In this document: one piece after another, positions 17,720 to 28,088 of the stretch
Numbering within the stretch: position 1 is the first letter of the stretch
How the letters are laid out: every line of letters begins with the position of its first letter
Virus record (IMG/VR): IMGVR_UViG_3300042482_001246
Direction: 5' to 3' (one strand)
Length of the DNA: 64,000 bases
From: a virus
Taxonomy: Duplodnaviria; Heunggongvirae; Uroviricota; Caudoviricetes
Made by a program: the position numbers and the translations under genes
Notes under the pieces: model-generated
What the model was told of the DNA's origin: nothing
The model's input: only the letters and a program-made list of their open reading frames with translations
The model's database searches: none

Positions 17720-18889
17720 TTATAATCCTAAAATTTCAAGGGTTTTATTCACTCTACTTTGTGGTGACAAGTTTCTTTCATAATACTCCCTTGCGTTTTT
17801 AGAAATATAACTTAAAAATTCGTGGTCATCAACAACCTCTTTGAATCTTTCCTCAATCATTTTTACGTGGTGAGGTCCTGATAGTCGGTCACTGGCAACT
17901 CCATTGTGTCTTGGCATATCATCAGGATATGGAACAGAAATGTAATGTACGTTTGGAATTAACTTTTCGTGCATTTCAACTTGGAACTCAAATCTAATCA
18001 ATGGCATTCCAATCGCCATACATTCAATGTCTCTATAACAAAGTTCTCCCACTCCTGCCATAGACAACGACACTTGGTAATCTATCATATCATTGAAGTA
18101 TGCTTCAGGGGTTGTTGGTGTTTCGGGACAATACAACAACTCATCCGAGAAATGTTTTAAAGCGGGTCTTTGTGAAACATTACCTCTGAAATACATTAAA
18201 GGTACTTTGTTTTGAACGTGTTTTCTTTTGTGATAAAACTGTTCCAAGTCAATCAAACCAGATGGGAAATAAATCCAAGGTGAGTATTTGTCATAGTTAT
18301 TATCAACGTGGTGTTTAATCTTGTAATCAATGAACTGTGAAATCAAAACCTTCTTACATAAAGGATTGTGTTTCTCATTCATAGTTGCGTAACCCAAGTC
18401 ATCAGAGACACTCATAATCCAAAACTCACCAGAGTCAGCATCTTCAATAACATATTCACACTCCAACAATAAGAATTCTTTGGCAAGACCTTTTTTTAAT
18501 TTAATTTCTTGTCTGTCAAAGTGAGCATTCTCAAAATGCCTGTTCTCAATAACCTCATATCGTTCTGATAGTTCTTGGGTTAACTCATCCCAAAATAAAT
18601 TGTAATTACGATAGTATCGAGTTTTGTCATTTGTTGGGTTATGGATTATCAGTCTACGATGAGGTTTATCACCATTTCCACTTTTATTCTGAACCTCACG
18701 GTTGAGATACCATAGAGCTTTATTCAAATCTTGAAGTTCCTTGTCAGTCCCCTTTTTACCTGCCCTTGAAATATATTTTACAGTATTCCCAAGATTAAAT
18801 CCTAAGTCCCAAGCTTCAATAACTTTTATTGCTTCATATGGATTATTCTTTCCCCCATAATGTTGAGGGTGATTTACTTGTTCACTCAT
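17720..18889 (-). CDS. DUF3310 N-terminal domain fused to a GT-B (GT1-like) glycosyltransferase-like domain
   Basis: N-terminus HPQHYGG...AIKVIEAWDLGFNLGNTVKYISRAGKKG...LNKALWYL matches the DUF3310 pattern. C-terminus GVGELCYRDIECMAIGMPLI resembles the GT1 E-x7-E region. Confidence 0.5.
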   Translation of the reverse strand: MSEQVNHPQHYGGKNNPYEAIKVIEAWDLGFNLGNTVKYISRAGKKGTDKELQDLNKALWYLNREVQNKSGNGDKPHRRLIIHNPTNDKTRYYRNYNLFWDELTQELSERYEVIENRHFENAHFDRQEIKLKKGLAKEFLLLECEYVIEDADSGEFWIMSVSDDLGYATMNEKHNPLCKKVLISQFIDYKIKHHVDNNYDKYSPWIYFPSGLIDLEQFYHKRKHVQNKVPLMYFRGNVSQRPALKHFSDELLYCPETPTTPEAYFNDMIDYQVSLSMAGVGELCYRDIECMAIGMPLIRFEFQVEMHEKLIPNVHYISVPYPDDMPRHNGVASDRLSGPHHVKMIEERFKEVVDDHEFLSYISKNAREYYERNLSPQSRVNKTLEILGL

Positions 18890-18892
18890 ATA

Positions 18893-20056
18893 TTAATCGT
18901 TATAAATTGAACCACTTTTATTTTCAGACTCTTCGAATTGATGTTGTTCCATAATATCTTTAAGTGGTGATTTTTGAGTATCAACTTTAGTATTCATATT
19001 ATGAATAATCTTATCAAGAGTTAATGCAAAGTCCAGAGTTTCGGATATGATACCAACAATTTTATATGGGTCACCATTTGATGCCGGTCTACGGTCTTCA
19101 ACATAACCCTTCCATTCTTTTGATGTAGACAATGGAACTCTGATTGATGCACCTCGGTCAGCAACCCCCCAACTAAACTTGTCAATAGATTGGGTTTCGT
19201 GTTTACCAGTCAAACGAAGATTGTTATCAGAACCGTAATTGTTAATGTGTAACTGATGACGTGAATCAAAGGCGTTAAAGATGTTTTTGAAGTATTCATC
19301 ACCACCTTCATTTCTCATCTTGTCATTTGAGAAGTTACAGTGTAATCCTGAACCATTCCAATCACCCATCACAGGTTTAGGGTGGAATTCAATCTTAAAA
19401 CCATAGTCCTCAGACATTTGTTGTAAAATGTATCTCGACATCCACAAATCATCACCGGCCTTTAATTTACCTTTGGAGAATACCTGGTACTCCCACTGAC
19501 CCAATAAGACCTCGGCGTTTGTACCTGTAATTTCAATACCTGCCAAGATACAATTTTCCATATGAGTATCCACAAATTTTCTACCGTTAACTTGTCCGTT
19601 ACCTACACCACAATAGTATTTTCCTTGTGGTTCAGGATATCCATTCTCAGGGAAACCCAAAGGTCTACCATCTTTCATAATGGTATACTCTTGTTCAAAA
19701 CCAAACCAAAGGTCCTCTTCTTCTTCCCCAACAAGACTTCTTGTATTTGATACGTGTGGAGTCCCATCGGGATTCATAACCTCACACAACACCAAGAAAG
19801 ACCATAGACCACCTTCGTTAAGTGAGTTGTGATAAACTCTAACAGGTTTCAAAATACAATCAGAAAAATGTCCGTCAGCTTGTTGTGTTGATGAACCATC
19901 AAAACTCCACTCAGGGCAATCCTTCAGTGTTATAATATCCCCATATGGAATATTCTGAAGACCAGTCTCTTCTTTTTCAATCACCTTAACCTTACTTCTA
20001 AGATTAGGTTCTGGCTGATACCCATCCAACCACACATATTCTAATTTAACTTTCAT
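18893..20056 (-). CDS. glnII: glutamine synthetase, type II (eukaryote-like GS)
   Basis: N-terminus EYVWLDGYQPEPNLRSK, GKYYCGVGNG...GTNAEVLLGQWEYQV and GFEQEYT are colinear with GSII enzymes. Confidence 0.8.
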   Translation of the reverse strand: MKVKLEYVWLDGYQPEPNLRSKVKVIEKEETGLQNIPYGDIITLKDCPEWSFDGSSTQQADGHFSDCILKPVRVYHNSLNEGGLWSFLVLCEVMNPDGTPHVSNTRSLVGEEEEDLWFGFEQEYTIMKDGRPLGFPENGYPEPQGKYYCGVGNGQVNGRKFVDTHMENCILAGIEITGTNAEVLLGQWEYQVFSKGKLKAGDDLWMSRYILQQMSEDYGFKIEFHPKPVMGDWNGSGLHCNFSNDKMRNEGGDEYFKNIFNAFDSRHQLHINNYGSDNNLRLTGKHETQSIDKFSWGVADRGASIRVPLSTSKEWKGYVEDRRPASNGDPYKIVGIISETLDFALTLDKIIHNMNTKVDTQKSPLKDIMEQHQFEESENKSGSIYND

Positions 20057-20061
20057 ATTAT

Positions 20062-20253
20062 TTAATTTTCTTTTTTTACAACGTAGTAACCTTTGGAATA
20101 ACTAGACTCCTCAATCAATCCTTCATCCATTAGTTTATTTAATTTAACTTCAGTTTCATTTTCAGTCTCTTTCAAAATGTATTTTGAAATGTAACTGATG
20201 TGAATTGGTTGTCTCAACTTAGAAAGTAGTGTCTTGAGCGTCTTGTCTTCCAT
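20062..20253 (-). CDS. small hypothetical protein
   Basis: 63 aa, tightly packed with its neighbours. Confidence 0.4.
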   Translation of the reverse strand: MEDKTLKTLLSKLRQPIHISYISKYILKETENETEVKLNKLMDEGLIEESSYSKGYYVVKKEN

Positions 20254-20255
20254 AA

Positions 20256-20483
20256 TTAATAATCTAAAAATTTATCATTGTCTTCCAAAAATTCTAAAAA
20301 TGGGTGGTCATAATCCATATCAACCCATTTTCCTTTATTTCCATCCCATATCAAATATTCATCTGAGATATTTGTTCGGGTATATTTAAGTTCAAAAGTT
20401 TTACCCTTATCATCCTTGACCTTATATTGAGTTGTATAAGAGAATGATAGTTCTTCTGGTGGACCTACAATTGAGTATTTCAT
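20256..20483 (-). CDS. small hypothetical protein
   Basis: 75 aa, 4-nt overlap coupling. Confidence 0.4.
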   Translation of the reverse strand: MKYSIVGPPEELSFSYTTQYKVKDDKGKTFELKYTRTNISDEYLIWDGNKGKWVDMDYDHPFLEFLEDNDKFLDY

Positions 20484-20704
20484 TTCTTTTTCTTTTTGTA
20501 CTTTTTCTCAACACCCTCCGTTTTTTCTTTTTTCTTAACTTCGGTAATGATTGGAGCAACTCGTCCATCTTCTTTCCATTCGTTCTTTGGAATGAACTTC
20601 CAATAACCCGTTGAAACTCGTTGGTCCGCAACCTTGTCTTCAACGCGCATAATTCGTCCCACCTCGTACTGAGATGTTTCTTTGATAGCTTTAATGCATT
20701 TCAT
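20480..20704 (-). CDS. small hypothetical protein with lysine-rich tail
   Basis: 74 aa with a C-terminal KKKEKTEGVEKKYKKKKK tail. Confidence 0.4.
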   Translation of the reverse strand: MKCIKAIKETSQYEVGRIMRVEDKVADQRVSTGYWKFIPKNEWKEDGRVAPIITEVKKKEKTEGVEKKYKKKKK

Positions 20705-20906
20705 TTTTAGTAGTATTAGATTTTAAGTTAAATGTAGTAATGATTTCTTGTTCTGACAAATTCTTCTCATAAAGTTTATAAACTTTGCTTGAAAACTCAT
20801 CCATAAAGATGATTGCGTCAGCCTTACCATAGAGACCGTCCAAATTGTATTTGTATAAGTAATGTAAGGTTGTTTGTTCTGAAATGTATCGTCTGTGAAA
20901 ACCCAT
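20691..20906 (-). CDS. small hypothetical protein
   Basis: 71 aa. Confidence 0.35.
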   Translation of the reverse strand: MGFHRRYISEQTTLHYLYKYNLDGLYGKADAIIFMDEFSSKVYKLYEKNLSEQEIITTFNLKSNTTKNEMH

Positions 20907-20915
20907 ATCACAAAA

Positions 20916-21701
20916 TTACGAAACAATTTTTAAATTATCAAAATTTTCTAACTTTTCTTTTGGGACACTTTGAAGAATATATGAAAGAAGTTTTCTTTTC
21001 GCCATTGGGATAAGCGTCTCTTCAAAAGGGAAATGTTGTCTTGATTGAAACTCAAACACAGGTAATTTACTTTGGTACACGTCTTGTTTCCAATTTGTAG
21101 ATTCATTAATTATTTGATTAACTGTTCTACCATCAGTAACTCCTGAAAAAATAGACTCAAGATGTAATTTAGAGTCTTTTGACTTTTTTATCTTTCTTAT
21201 TGAGTACTCCCAAATGTATAACTCTTTTTCAGGTTTACGAGTATAAACTAAGTACCCATAACCTTTGTGTAAGTAGTTCTTATTTTTTTTATGTTGTATA
21301 TCTGTAGATTCGTAAACAATAGACCATATGGATTTACCAATACTGAAAACATCCATAAGTTTTGAGTTTGAGTAATATAAAGTTTTCTTTAATTCTAAAC
21401 TTTGGTCTTCATTTAGATTAGGTAATTTTTTTGGGTATAATTCTTTCAATAGAATTTCATCATCACAAGTTTCGAATTTTTTATTCGTAAGTAATAATGT
21501 ATTTTCTCGATTAATTGATTGGACATTAGCTAAATGAAGTGAAATCTCGACAAAATCAGGGTATATCTTATAATCGTCAAAACTACTCTCACATTTTTGT
21601 ATGTAATCTAATAGCGTATATTTGTTATACTCAAAATCTATTGGTTCCTGAAACATCCATTCAGGACTCAACTTAAATTGTGTTTTTCTCTTTCTTCCCA
21701 T
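20916..21701 (-). CDS. hypothetical protein
   Basis: 261 aa. Confidence 0.55.
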   Translation of the reverse strand: MGRKRKTQFKLSPEWMFQEPIDFEYNKYTLLDYIQKCESSFDDYKIYPDFVEISLHLANVQSINRENTLLLTNKKFETCDDEILLKELYPKKLPNLNEDQSLELKKTLYYSNSKLMDVFSIGKSIWSIVYESTDIQHKKNKNYLHKGYGYLVYTRKPEKELYIWEYSIRKIKKSKDSKLHLESIFSGVTDGRTVNQIINESTNWKQDVYQSKLPVFEFQSRQHFPFEETLIPMAKRKLLSYILQSVPKEKLENFDNLKIVS

Positions 21702-21731
21702 TTACTAAATGATAATTAAAAAGAAAATTTA

Positions 21732-23483
21732 TTAAAGTTTTATAATGTAATAAGTCTCTCCTTGGACGGTCTCTTCGTGAACCGCCCCATCATTGTGTGA
21801 CATCATATCATAACTCTCATTATCGATAACAGTATCTATAAATTTTTCCTTATCAATAAAATCATCTAATTCTAATCCGTAATCCTCCGCGTATCCAGTT
21901 GGGTTGTATCTAACTTCATCCAACTTACTTTCAATCATATTTTCAATATCATCGTCTGAAAAATCACCTTCAGGATTTTCTTCTATTTCTTCTTTTTGTT
22001 CTTCTAATTCAGTAATATAGTCTTCCAATTGACTAATTCTATCGTCAATTTTATCAACCTTATCTTCATCATCAATCCCATATTTAATTTTTTCAAGTCT
22101 TTCTATCTCCCTTTGTGTTTGTAAAACTCTAGCGTCAATAATTTTAATAGTTTCAACTTGTTTTGAATCTAATTGTCTTTGGGAATCGTCTAAATAAGCA
22201 TCAGGCTCTTGGTAAACGTCCTGATTGAAATAATCATCAAACCAATTAAGTATTTCATCCTCATTAACCGCATTATCCTTAACCCAACTAGCAAACCCAT
22301 CATACCCTTCAGTATCAACCATATCCTCAACATACTCTCTCAACGCATCATCCATCTCCGTCTCGGTACCCACAGTATATTCATCACCATATAGTTCAGT
22401 TGCAAATTTTTGCATTCCATAGTGTTGGGATTCCAAAGGTATTAAATCGTAAACGTCTTTATATTCTTTAAACTCATCTAACTCTTCTTCTAATTGTTCA
22501 ATCTGAGATAATAAATCATACCTTACAGTATCAGAATTTTCATATTCTTCTTGAAGTTCACTTATTCTTTCTAAAATATCCGTTCTTCTTTCTTCATCAT
22601 CTTCACTCATAGATTCGATTTCTCCCTCTGAAACCAAATAATCAAAAAGTGCGTGTGCCATCAATCCTATAGTTGGGCAATCAGGACCTAACTCCCACTC
22701 TTTATCAATTCTTCGTTCATTTGCTTCTTCCATAGACAATCTTTTTTCTTGAGCAATCCTTTTTTCTTGTTCTTTTTTATCAATATCAGTCTTTGTTATG
22801 TAGTAATCTAAATTACTCATTTTGTCTTCATATTTTCTCTCAAGAAAACTAATAATAAACGAATACACAACATTAAAGTTTGGTATAGAATTTAAAACAT
22901 CCTCCATACCAACTCTCACATTTTTAACATAAAAATAAGGTTTGGAGTTTCTAACAAAAACAATTGTTATTTTTTCCTCAGGATTATTTTTATTAATTAA
23001 ATAGACAATTTTTTTGTCCCCATATTCCCCATATGTTATGTTAAACGAGTTTTCACTACTAACGTCGACACATCCTACAGAATCTTTACCATAATAACAA
23101 GCGCCTGATTGGGTAGATGGTGAAACAATCAATAATTTATCATCTTCAAATATTATGGACTTGTTATTGGTAGTGGTCATATTGTTTAGATATTGACCGG
23201 TAAAACTATCTATTTGGTTTTTTAAATCTTCATATGAACCAAACTTATTAATGTCAGTTGTTTGTAAAACACCTTTAAGTCTTTCAAATTTCTGTGTCAA
23301 ATCAATAATATTAATTAAGTTAATATTATCCCCTTCTTCAGGGAATTTGTTTGCAACCCAATCCCAATACTCAGGTTGGATGTATTTTACTATTGACGAT
23401 AAGAGTGGTAAACTCAGTTTGTCCTTATATTTTGTTGTAAAATCAGACTTACTTTGTTCTTTTAATAACTTACGGATTGACAT
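21732..23483 (-). CDS. large acidic coiled-coil hypothetical protein
   Basis: 583 aa. The C-terminal half is extremely Glu/Asp-rich and heptad-like. Confidence 0.6.
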   Translation of the reverse strand: MSIRKLLKEQSKSDFTTKYKDKLSLPLLSSIVKYIQPEYWDWVANKFPEEGDNINLINIIDLTQKFERLKGVLQTTDINKFGSYEDLKNQIDSFTGQYLNNMTTTNNKSIIFEDDKLLIVSPSTQSGACYYGKDSVGCVDVSSENSFNITYGEYGDKKIVYLINKNNPEEKITIVFVRNSKPYFYVKNVRVGMEDVLNSIPNFNVVYSFIISFLERKYEDKMSNLDYYITKTDIDKKEQEKRIAQEKRLSMEEANERRIDKEWELGPDCPTIGLMAHALFDYLVSEGEIESMSEDDEERRTDILERISELQEEYENSDTVRYDLLSQIEQLEEELDEFKEYKDVYDLIPLESQHYGMQKFATELYGDEYTVGTETEMDDALREYVEDMVDTEGYDGFASWVKDNAVNEDEILNWFDDYFNQDVYQEPDAYLDDSQRQLDSKQVETIKIIDARVLQTQREIERLEKIKYGIDDEDKVDKIDDRISQLEDYITELEEQKEEIEENPEGDFSDDDIENMIESKLDEVRYNPTGYAEDYGLELDDFIDKEKFIDTVIDNESYDMMSHNDGAVHEETVQGETYYIIKL

Positions 23484-23570
23484 TATTTTTTATTTGATAA
23501 ATACTTTGATTGATTTATATTTCTACAAGTTTACTATTTATATGTAATAAAACTCCAATACTACAAAATT

Positions 23571-23723
23571 ATGGGATGTGGTTGTAAAAACAAAGCAAAC
23601 AACAGTACTAACACTCAATCAAGTCAACAACAGACTCAAGCAACCGCTCAAAGAGCTCAGTATGTTCAAGAGACTGTTAAAGATGCCATTAAGAAAACAG
23701 TTGAGAAATATTACAAACGTTAA
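23571..23723 (+). CDS. small Gln-rich protein beginning MGCGC
   Basis: 50 aa ORF below the track cutoff. ATG at 23571, stop at 23721-23723, terminator just downstream. Confidence 0.35.
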   Translation: MGCGCKNKANNSTNTQSSQQQTQATAQRAQYVQETVKDAIKKTVEKYYKR

Positions 23724-23749
23724 GTTGTAATATGTTAGTAAAATTAAAA

Positions 23750-23774
23750 GGGTGAAGAAATTCACCCTTTTTTT
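23750..23774 (+). terminator. rho-independent terminator (bidirectional-looking)
   Basis: gggtgaa-gaaa-ttcaccc followed by ttttttt, with an A-run on the other side. Confidence 0.65.
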
Positions 23775-23784
23775 ATATTTATAA

Positions 23785-24807
23785 GTGATGACAGGGAAAT
23801 TACAAAGATTAATCGACGATGTTAATAATGGTAAATTTGATATTATCAAAGATTTTTTTGGTGATATGGAAACTTTTTTGGACTATCTTGGTAAAAAAGG
23901 TTTGATACACGAATTAGACCTTATTAACAACGAAGAAGAATTCGAATATGAAGTTAACAAAATAGCCCTCGCAATTAAAGAACATAATCCCGAAAAATTT
24001 AGAGAATATGTTTTATCTTCATTAAGTGATGTTACTTATGAAAATGGTGAATACTATGTGACTTTGAATGATAAAAGTAGACTCGCGTATCTTTTTTGTG
24101 ATGATAGAAGAAATGGTATGTCTCAATCAACAATATCAGAGATACTAGATGGTGAATGGGATTTTGATTTTTGGGATACTACCGATAATGTTTATAGGGA
24201 TGTTATTCAAGAACTAAATAAGGATAATCTTACTTATTTATCAAAAAAAATAAGTAACGAATTATCTGACGTTAAGGTAGAACCTGAAACAGAATTGTTA
24301 GAAGAAATTGCCGAGGAACAAGGTCATCCTGAATATGTAACCTTAACCCCCGAGTTGATTCACGACAGAATATTCAATGATGAGGATTCAACAGAAAGTA
24401 TTTTGAATGAAACCGAAAACATTAAATCAGATTTACACTCATTACATAACAGAGCATATGCAAATGCTTATGAAGATGAGGTGTATAGTGGTATAATGGA
24501 TGAACTTGAAACATTTTTTGATATGCGCCATTCTGATTGGATAACAGTTCCAAGTAGTGTAAACCCAAACAAATCTTATACCTATTTCAAAGTTAAAATA
24601 AATAATTTTGATTCAGAGATTTCCGATTACCTTAATAACGCGAAGAATCATAATGAACCATTAAGTAATTATGGTGACTATCTTAGTATTTTGAGTGAAA
24701 ATATTAGTTATGGTAGTGCCAATTGTTTGGTATATTACACGCCTGATTATGCGGATTGGCCAAAAACAAAAGAAAATATTAACGAACTTTTTGGTGACTA
24801 TTTTTAA
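23785..24807 (+). CDS. hypothetical acidic protein (plus-strand island)
   Basis: 340 aa. Confidence 0.55.
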   Translation: MMTGKLQRLIDDVNNGKFDIIKDFFGDMETFLDYLGKKGLIHELDLINNEEEFEYEVNKIALAIKEHNPEKFREYVLSSLSDVTYENGEYYVTLNDKSRLAYLFCDDRRNGMSQSTISEILDGEWDFDFWDTTDNVYRDVIQELNKDNLTYLSKKISNELSDVKVEPETELLEEIAEEQGHPEYVTLTPELIHDRIFNDEDSTESILNETENIKSDLHSLHNRAYANAYEDEVYSGIMDELETFFDMRHSDWITVPSSVNPNKSYTYFKVKINNFDSEISDYLNNAKNHNEPLSNYGDYLSILSENISYGSANCLVYYTPDYADWPKTKENINELFGDYF

Positions 24808-27800
24808 ATAATCCCCTTTAGTTTAGCTTTATCCAAAACTTTTTTAGCTCTCTCTTCAAGAGATGTTATTCTAACCTCTTGTTCTTTTAACGCTTCAATG
24901 TTAACGGCAATCATTTCTTTATAATTCATTGTTAACACTTTACCTTCAGTATAAATAACTTCAGGAACATAAGGCAAAACTTCTTGAGCAATAAATCCAA
25001 TAGCTTTTTTGTCATTAGAACTATATTCTTTACCTCTCCATTTAAATGTGACACCTCTAATACTTAATATCTTATTTAGAGCATCACCGATAGGTTTAAC
25101 ATCTTTTTTCAGTCTTTCATCTGAAGGACCTGTTGGTCCTTGTGGACCTTGAGCTCCTTGTGCTCCGAATGTTGAACTAGCACCTCCTTGAGCCCCTGGT
25201 GCTCCTTGTGCCCCTGTTGGACCTGGTGTTGCAGAACCTTGAGCACCTGTTGGTCCTTTAAGACCTGTAGGTCCTTGTGCACCGACGGCTCCCTCAAAAC
25301 CTTGTGAACCTTGAGCTCCTTGAGCCCCTGTTGCACCTTGTGCACCTTGTGGTCCATTAGGAGACGTTGGCCCTTGAGCCCCTTGAGCTCCTTGAGCTCC
25401 AATAGCACCTGAATTTCCTTGAGCGCCTTGAGCACCTTGAGCGCCGGCTGTACCTGAACCTTGAGCACCTTGAGGTCCTGTTGGTCCTGTTGCACCTTGA
25501 GGTCCTGTTGGTCCTGTTGCACCTTGAGCACCTTGAAATCCTTGACCCCCTGTAGGTCCTACGGCTCCTTGTGAACCTTGAGCCCCTTGAGGTCCTGTTG
25601 GTCCTGTTGCACCTTGAGCTCCTTGAGCTCCAACAGGTCCTTGAGCACCTGTGGCTCCTTGGAATCCCTGCTGACCATTAGGTCCTATTCCACCTACGTC
25701 CCCTTGAGCACCTTGCGCTCCTTGGAATCCTTGTCCTCCTGTTGCTCCTTGAGACCCTTGAGCACCTGTTCCTCCTTGAGCTCCCTGAAAACCTTGTCCT
25801 CCTTGCGCCCCTTGTGGACCTTGAGCTCCTGTGGCACCTTGAGCACCTTGAGCTCCCTGCCCACCTTGCGCTCCTTGTGGACCTATTGCTCCTTGGAAAC
25901 CTTGTGCTCCTTGAAAACCTTGTCCTCCTTGAGCCCCTTGAGTTCCTGTTGCTCCTTGAGCACCTTGAGCCCCTTGTGCTCCCTGTCCTCCTGTTGCGCC
26001 TTGAGCTCCTTGTGCTCCTTGTCCTCCTGTTGCTCCTTGGACTCCTTGTCCACCTGTTGCTCCTTGCGCACCTTGGTTACCAACAGCACCTTGAGCTCCT
26101 TGGAAACCTTGAGCCCCCTGACCTCCTTGTGCACCTTGTACTCCAACAGCACCTTGAGCCCCTTGTGCTCCTTGGAAACCTTGTCCTCCTTGAGCACCTT
26201 GAGTACCTGATATACCTACAGAACCTTGAGAACCTTGAGCCCCTTGTCCTCCTTGAGCACCTTGAGTTCCTGATACACCTTGAGCTCCTTGAGCCCCTTG
26301 GAAACCTTGACCTCCTTGAGCACCTTGAGTTCCTGTTGTACCTTGAGCCCCTTGAGCTCCTTGAAAACCTTGTCCTCCTTGAGCTCCTTGGGTTCCTGTT
26401 GCTCCTTGAGCTCCTTGAGCTCCTTGAGCTCCTTGGAAACCTTGAGCACCTTGGGTTCCTGTTGCACCTTGAGCCCCTTGAGCTCCTTGGAAACCTTGAC
26501 CTCCTTGAGCCCCTTGGGTTCCTGTCGCTCCTTGTGCACCTTGAGCTCCTTGTGCTCCCTGTCCACCCTGAGCACCCTGAGTTGCTGTCGCTCCTTGCGC
26601 TCCTTGAGCTCCTTGAGCTCCTTGACCACCTTGAGCACCTTGGTTACCAACTGCCCCTTGTGAACCTTGAGCCCCTTGTGCTCCTTGTCCACCTTGGGCT
26701 CCCTGATTACCTTTAGCCCCTTGAGCTCCTTGCGCCCCTTGGGCTCCTTGACCACCTTGAGCACCTTGGTTACCAACTGCCCCTTGTGAACCTTGAGCCC
26801 CTTGCGCTCCTTGTCCACCTTGCGCTCCTTGTCCACCTTGAGCACCTTGAGCCCCTTGTGCTCCTTGAGCACCTTGTCCTCCTTGAGCACCTTGTGTTCC
26901 CGTTGCACCTTGAGCACCTTGAGCTCCTTGGAAACCTTGTCCACCTTGAGCACCCTGTGTTCCTGTTGCTCCTTGAGCCCCTTGTGCTCCTTGGGCTCCT
27001 TGTCCACCTTGAGCACCCTGTGTTCCTGTTGCACCTTGAGCACCTTGTGCTCCTTGGGCTCCTTGTCCACCTTGGGCACCTTGGTTACCCTTTCCACCTT
27101 GAGCACCTTGTGCTCCTTGGGCTCCTTGTCCACCTTGAGCACCCTGTGTTCCTGTTGCACCTTGAGCACCTTGTGCTCCTTGGGCTCCTTGTCCACCTTG
27201 GGCACCTTGGTTACCCTTTCCACCTTGAGCACCTTGTGCTCCTTGGGCCCCTTGTCCACCTTGAGCACCCTGATTACCTGTCGCACCCTGAGCCCCTTGA
27301 GCTCCTTGAGCTCCCTGTCCACCTTGTGCACCTTGGTTACCAACCGCTCCTTGTGAACCTTGAGCTCCTTGAGCTCCTTGTCCTCCTTGGGCGCCTTGGT
27401 TACCAACCGCTCCTTGTGAACCTTGAGCTCCTTGAGCACCTTGTCCACCTTGAGCACCTTGATTACCTTTTCCACCTTGAGCGCCTTGAGCTCCTTGAGC
27501 TCCTTGTCCTCCTTGGGCACCTTGGTTACCAACCGCTCCTTGTGAACCTTGAGCTCCTTGAGCTCCTTGTCCACCTTGAGCGCCTTGATTACCTTTTCCA
27601 CCTTGGGCGCCTTGAGCACCTTGAGCACCTTGTCCTCCTTGAGCCCCTTGGTTACCTGTTGCCCCTTGAGCTCCTTGTGCGCCTTGTGAACCTTGCCCTC
27701 CTGTTGCTCCTTGGGAACCTTGAGCTCCTTGGGCTCCTTGACTACCAACCGCTCCTTGAGCACCTTGGTTACCAGTATTACCCTGAGCACCTTGTCCTCC

Positions 27801-28088
27801 TTGGGCACCTTGATTACCTTGAGCGCCTTGTGGTCCAGCATTTACATTACCTTTCCATCCGGTAGAGTCTATTATTAATCCGTAATTGTTTGTAACTGTA
27901 TTAGCACTTAAATTTGTATTTTGTACTTGGAATATAGGTGCTGTCTTGGCAATTTTTAGATATGTTGTTGTTTGATTTACAACATAATTCAATGTAGAAC
28001 TAGAATATACCAAATCACTTCGAGTATTCCCCGAATCATAAAATTGTATTGTTATACTTGCAGGTACTATTATTATATTCTCAGCCAC
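24804..28088 (-). CDS. collagen-like fibre protein 1 with C-terminal S74 intramolecular-chaperone domain
   Basis: About 900 residues of Gly-X-Gln triplets (GAQ/GNQ/GGQ/GSQ/GTQ). C-terminus [10 protein letters not shown]...GFIAQEV matches the endosialidase/tail-fibre chaperone autocleavage region. Confidence 0.85.
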   Translation of the reverse strand: MAENIIIVPASITIQFYDSGNTRSDLVYSSSTLNYVVNQTTTYLKIAKTAPIFQVQNTNLSANTVTNNYGLIIDSTGWKGNVNAGPQGAQGNQGAQGGQGAQGNTGNQGAQGAVGSQGAQGAQGSQGATGGQGSQGAQGAQGATGNQGAQGGQGAQGAQGAQGGKGNQGAQGGQGAQGAQGSQGAVGNQGAQGGQGAQGAQGAQGGKGNQGAQGGQGAQGAQGSQGAVGNQGAQGGQGAQGAQGSQGAVGNQGAQGGQGAQGAQGAQGATGNQGAQGGQGAQGAQGAQGGKGNQGAQGGQGAQGAQGAQGATGTQGAQGGQGAQGAQGAQGGKGNQGAQGGQGAQGAQGAQGATGTQGAQGGQGAQGAQGAQGATGTQGAQGGQGFQGAQGAQGATGTQGAQGGQGAQGAQGAQGAQGGQGAQGGQGAQGAQGSQGAVGNQGAQGGQGAQGAQGAQGAKGNQGAQGGQGAQGAQGSQGAVGNQGAQGGQGAQGAQGAQGATATQGAQGGQGAQGAQGAQGATGTQGAQGGQGFQGAQGAQGATGTQGAQGFQGAQGAQGAQGATGTQGAQGGQGFQGAQGAQGTTGTQGAQGGQGFQGAQGAQGVSGTQGAQGGQGAQGSQGSVGISGTQGAQGGQGFQGAQGAQGAVGVQGAQGGQGAQGFQGAQGAVGNQGAQGATGGQGVQGATGGQGAQGAQGATGGQGAQGAQGAQGATGTQGAQGGQGFQGAQGFQGAIGPQGAQGGQGAQGAQGATGAQGPQGAQGGQGFQGAQGGTGAQGSQGATGGQGFQGAQGAQGDVGGIGPNGQQGFQGATGAQGPVGAQGAQGATGPTGPQGAQGSQGAVGPTGGQGFQGAQGATGPTGPQGATGPTGPQGAQGSGTAGAQGAQGAQGNSGAIGAQGAQGAQGPTSPNGPQGAQGATGAQGAQGSQGFEGAVGAQGPTGLKGPTGAQGSATPGPTGAQGAPGAQGGASSTFGAQGAQGPQGPTGPSDERLKKDVKPIGDALNKILSIRGVTFKWRGKEYSSNDKKAIGFIAQEVLPYVPEVIYTEGKVLTMNYKEMIAVNIEALKEQEVRITSLEERAKKVLDKAKLKGII

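Noticed and set aside
17969-18160. Miscellaneous 60-100-aa ORFs antisense to or nested within larger genes (for example 17030-17245, 17969-18160, 19562-19750, 22209-22394, 50004-50849, 59068-59696)
   Set aside because: They are fully embedded in stronger ORFs on the other strand with AT-rich low-complexity translations. Likely chance ORFs.
25578-27878. Long plus-strand ORFs (for example 25578-26210, 25742-26716, 26786-27865) and alternative minus-frame ORFs (25109-25531, 26216-27841) inside collagen-like gene 1
   Set aside because: They are artefacts of the Gly-X-Gln triplet repeat read in other frames: Leu/Ser/Cys- or Lys/Val-rich low-complexity translations with no start context. The GxQ collagen frame with N- and C-terminal domains is the real gene.
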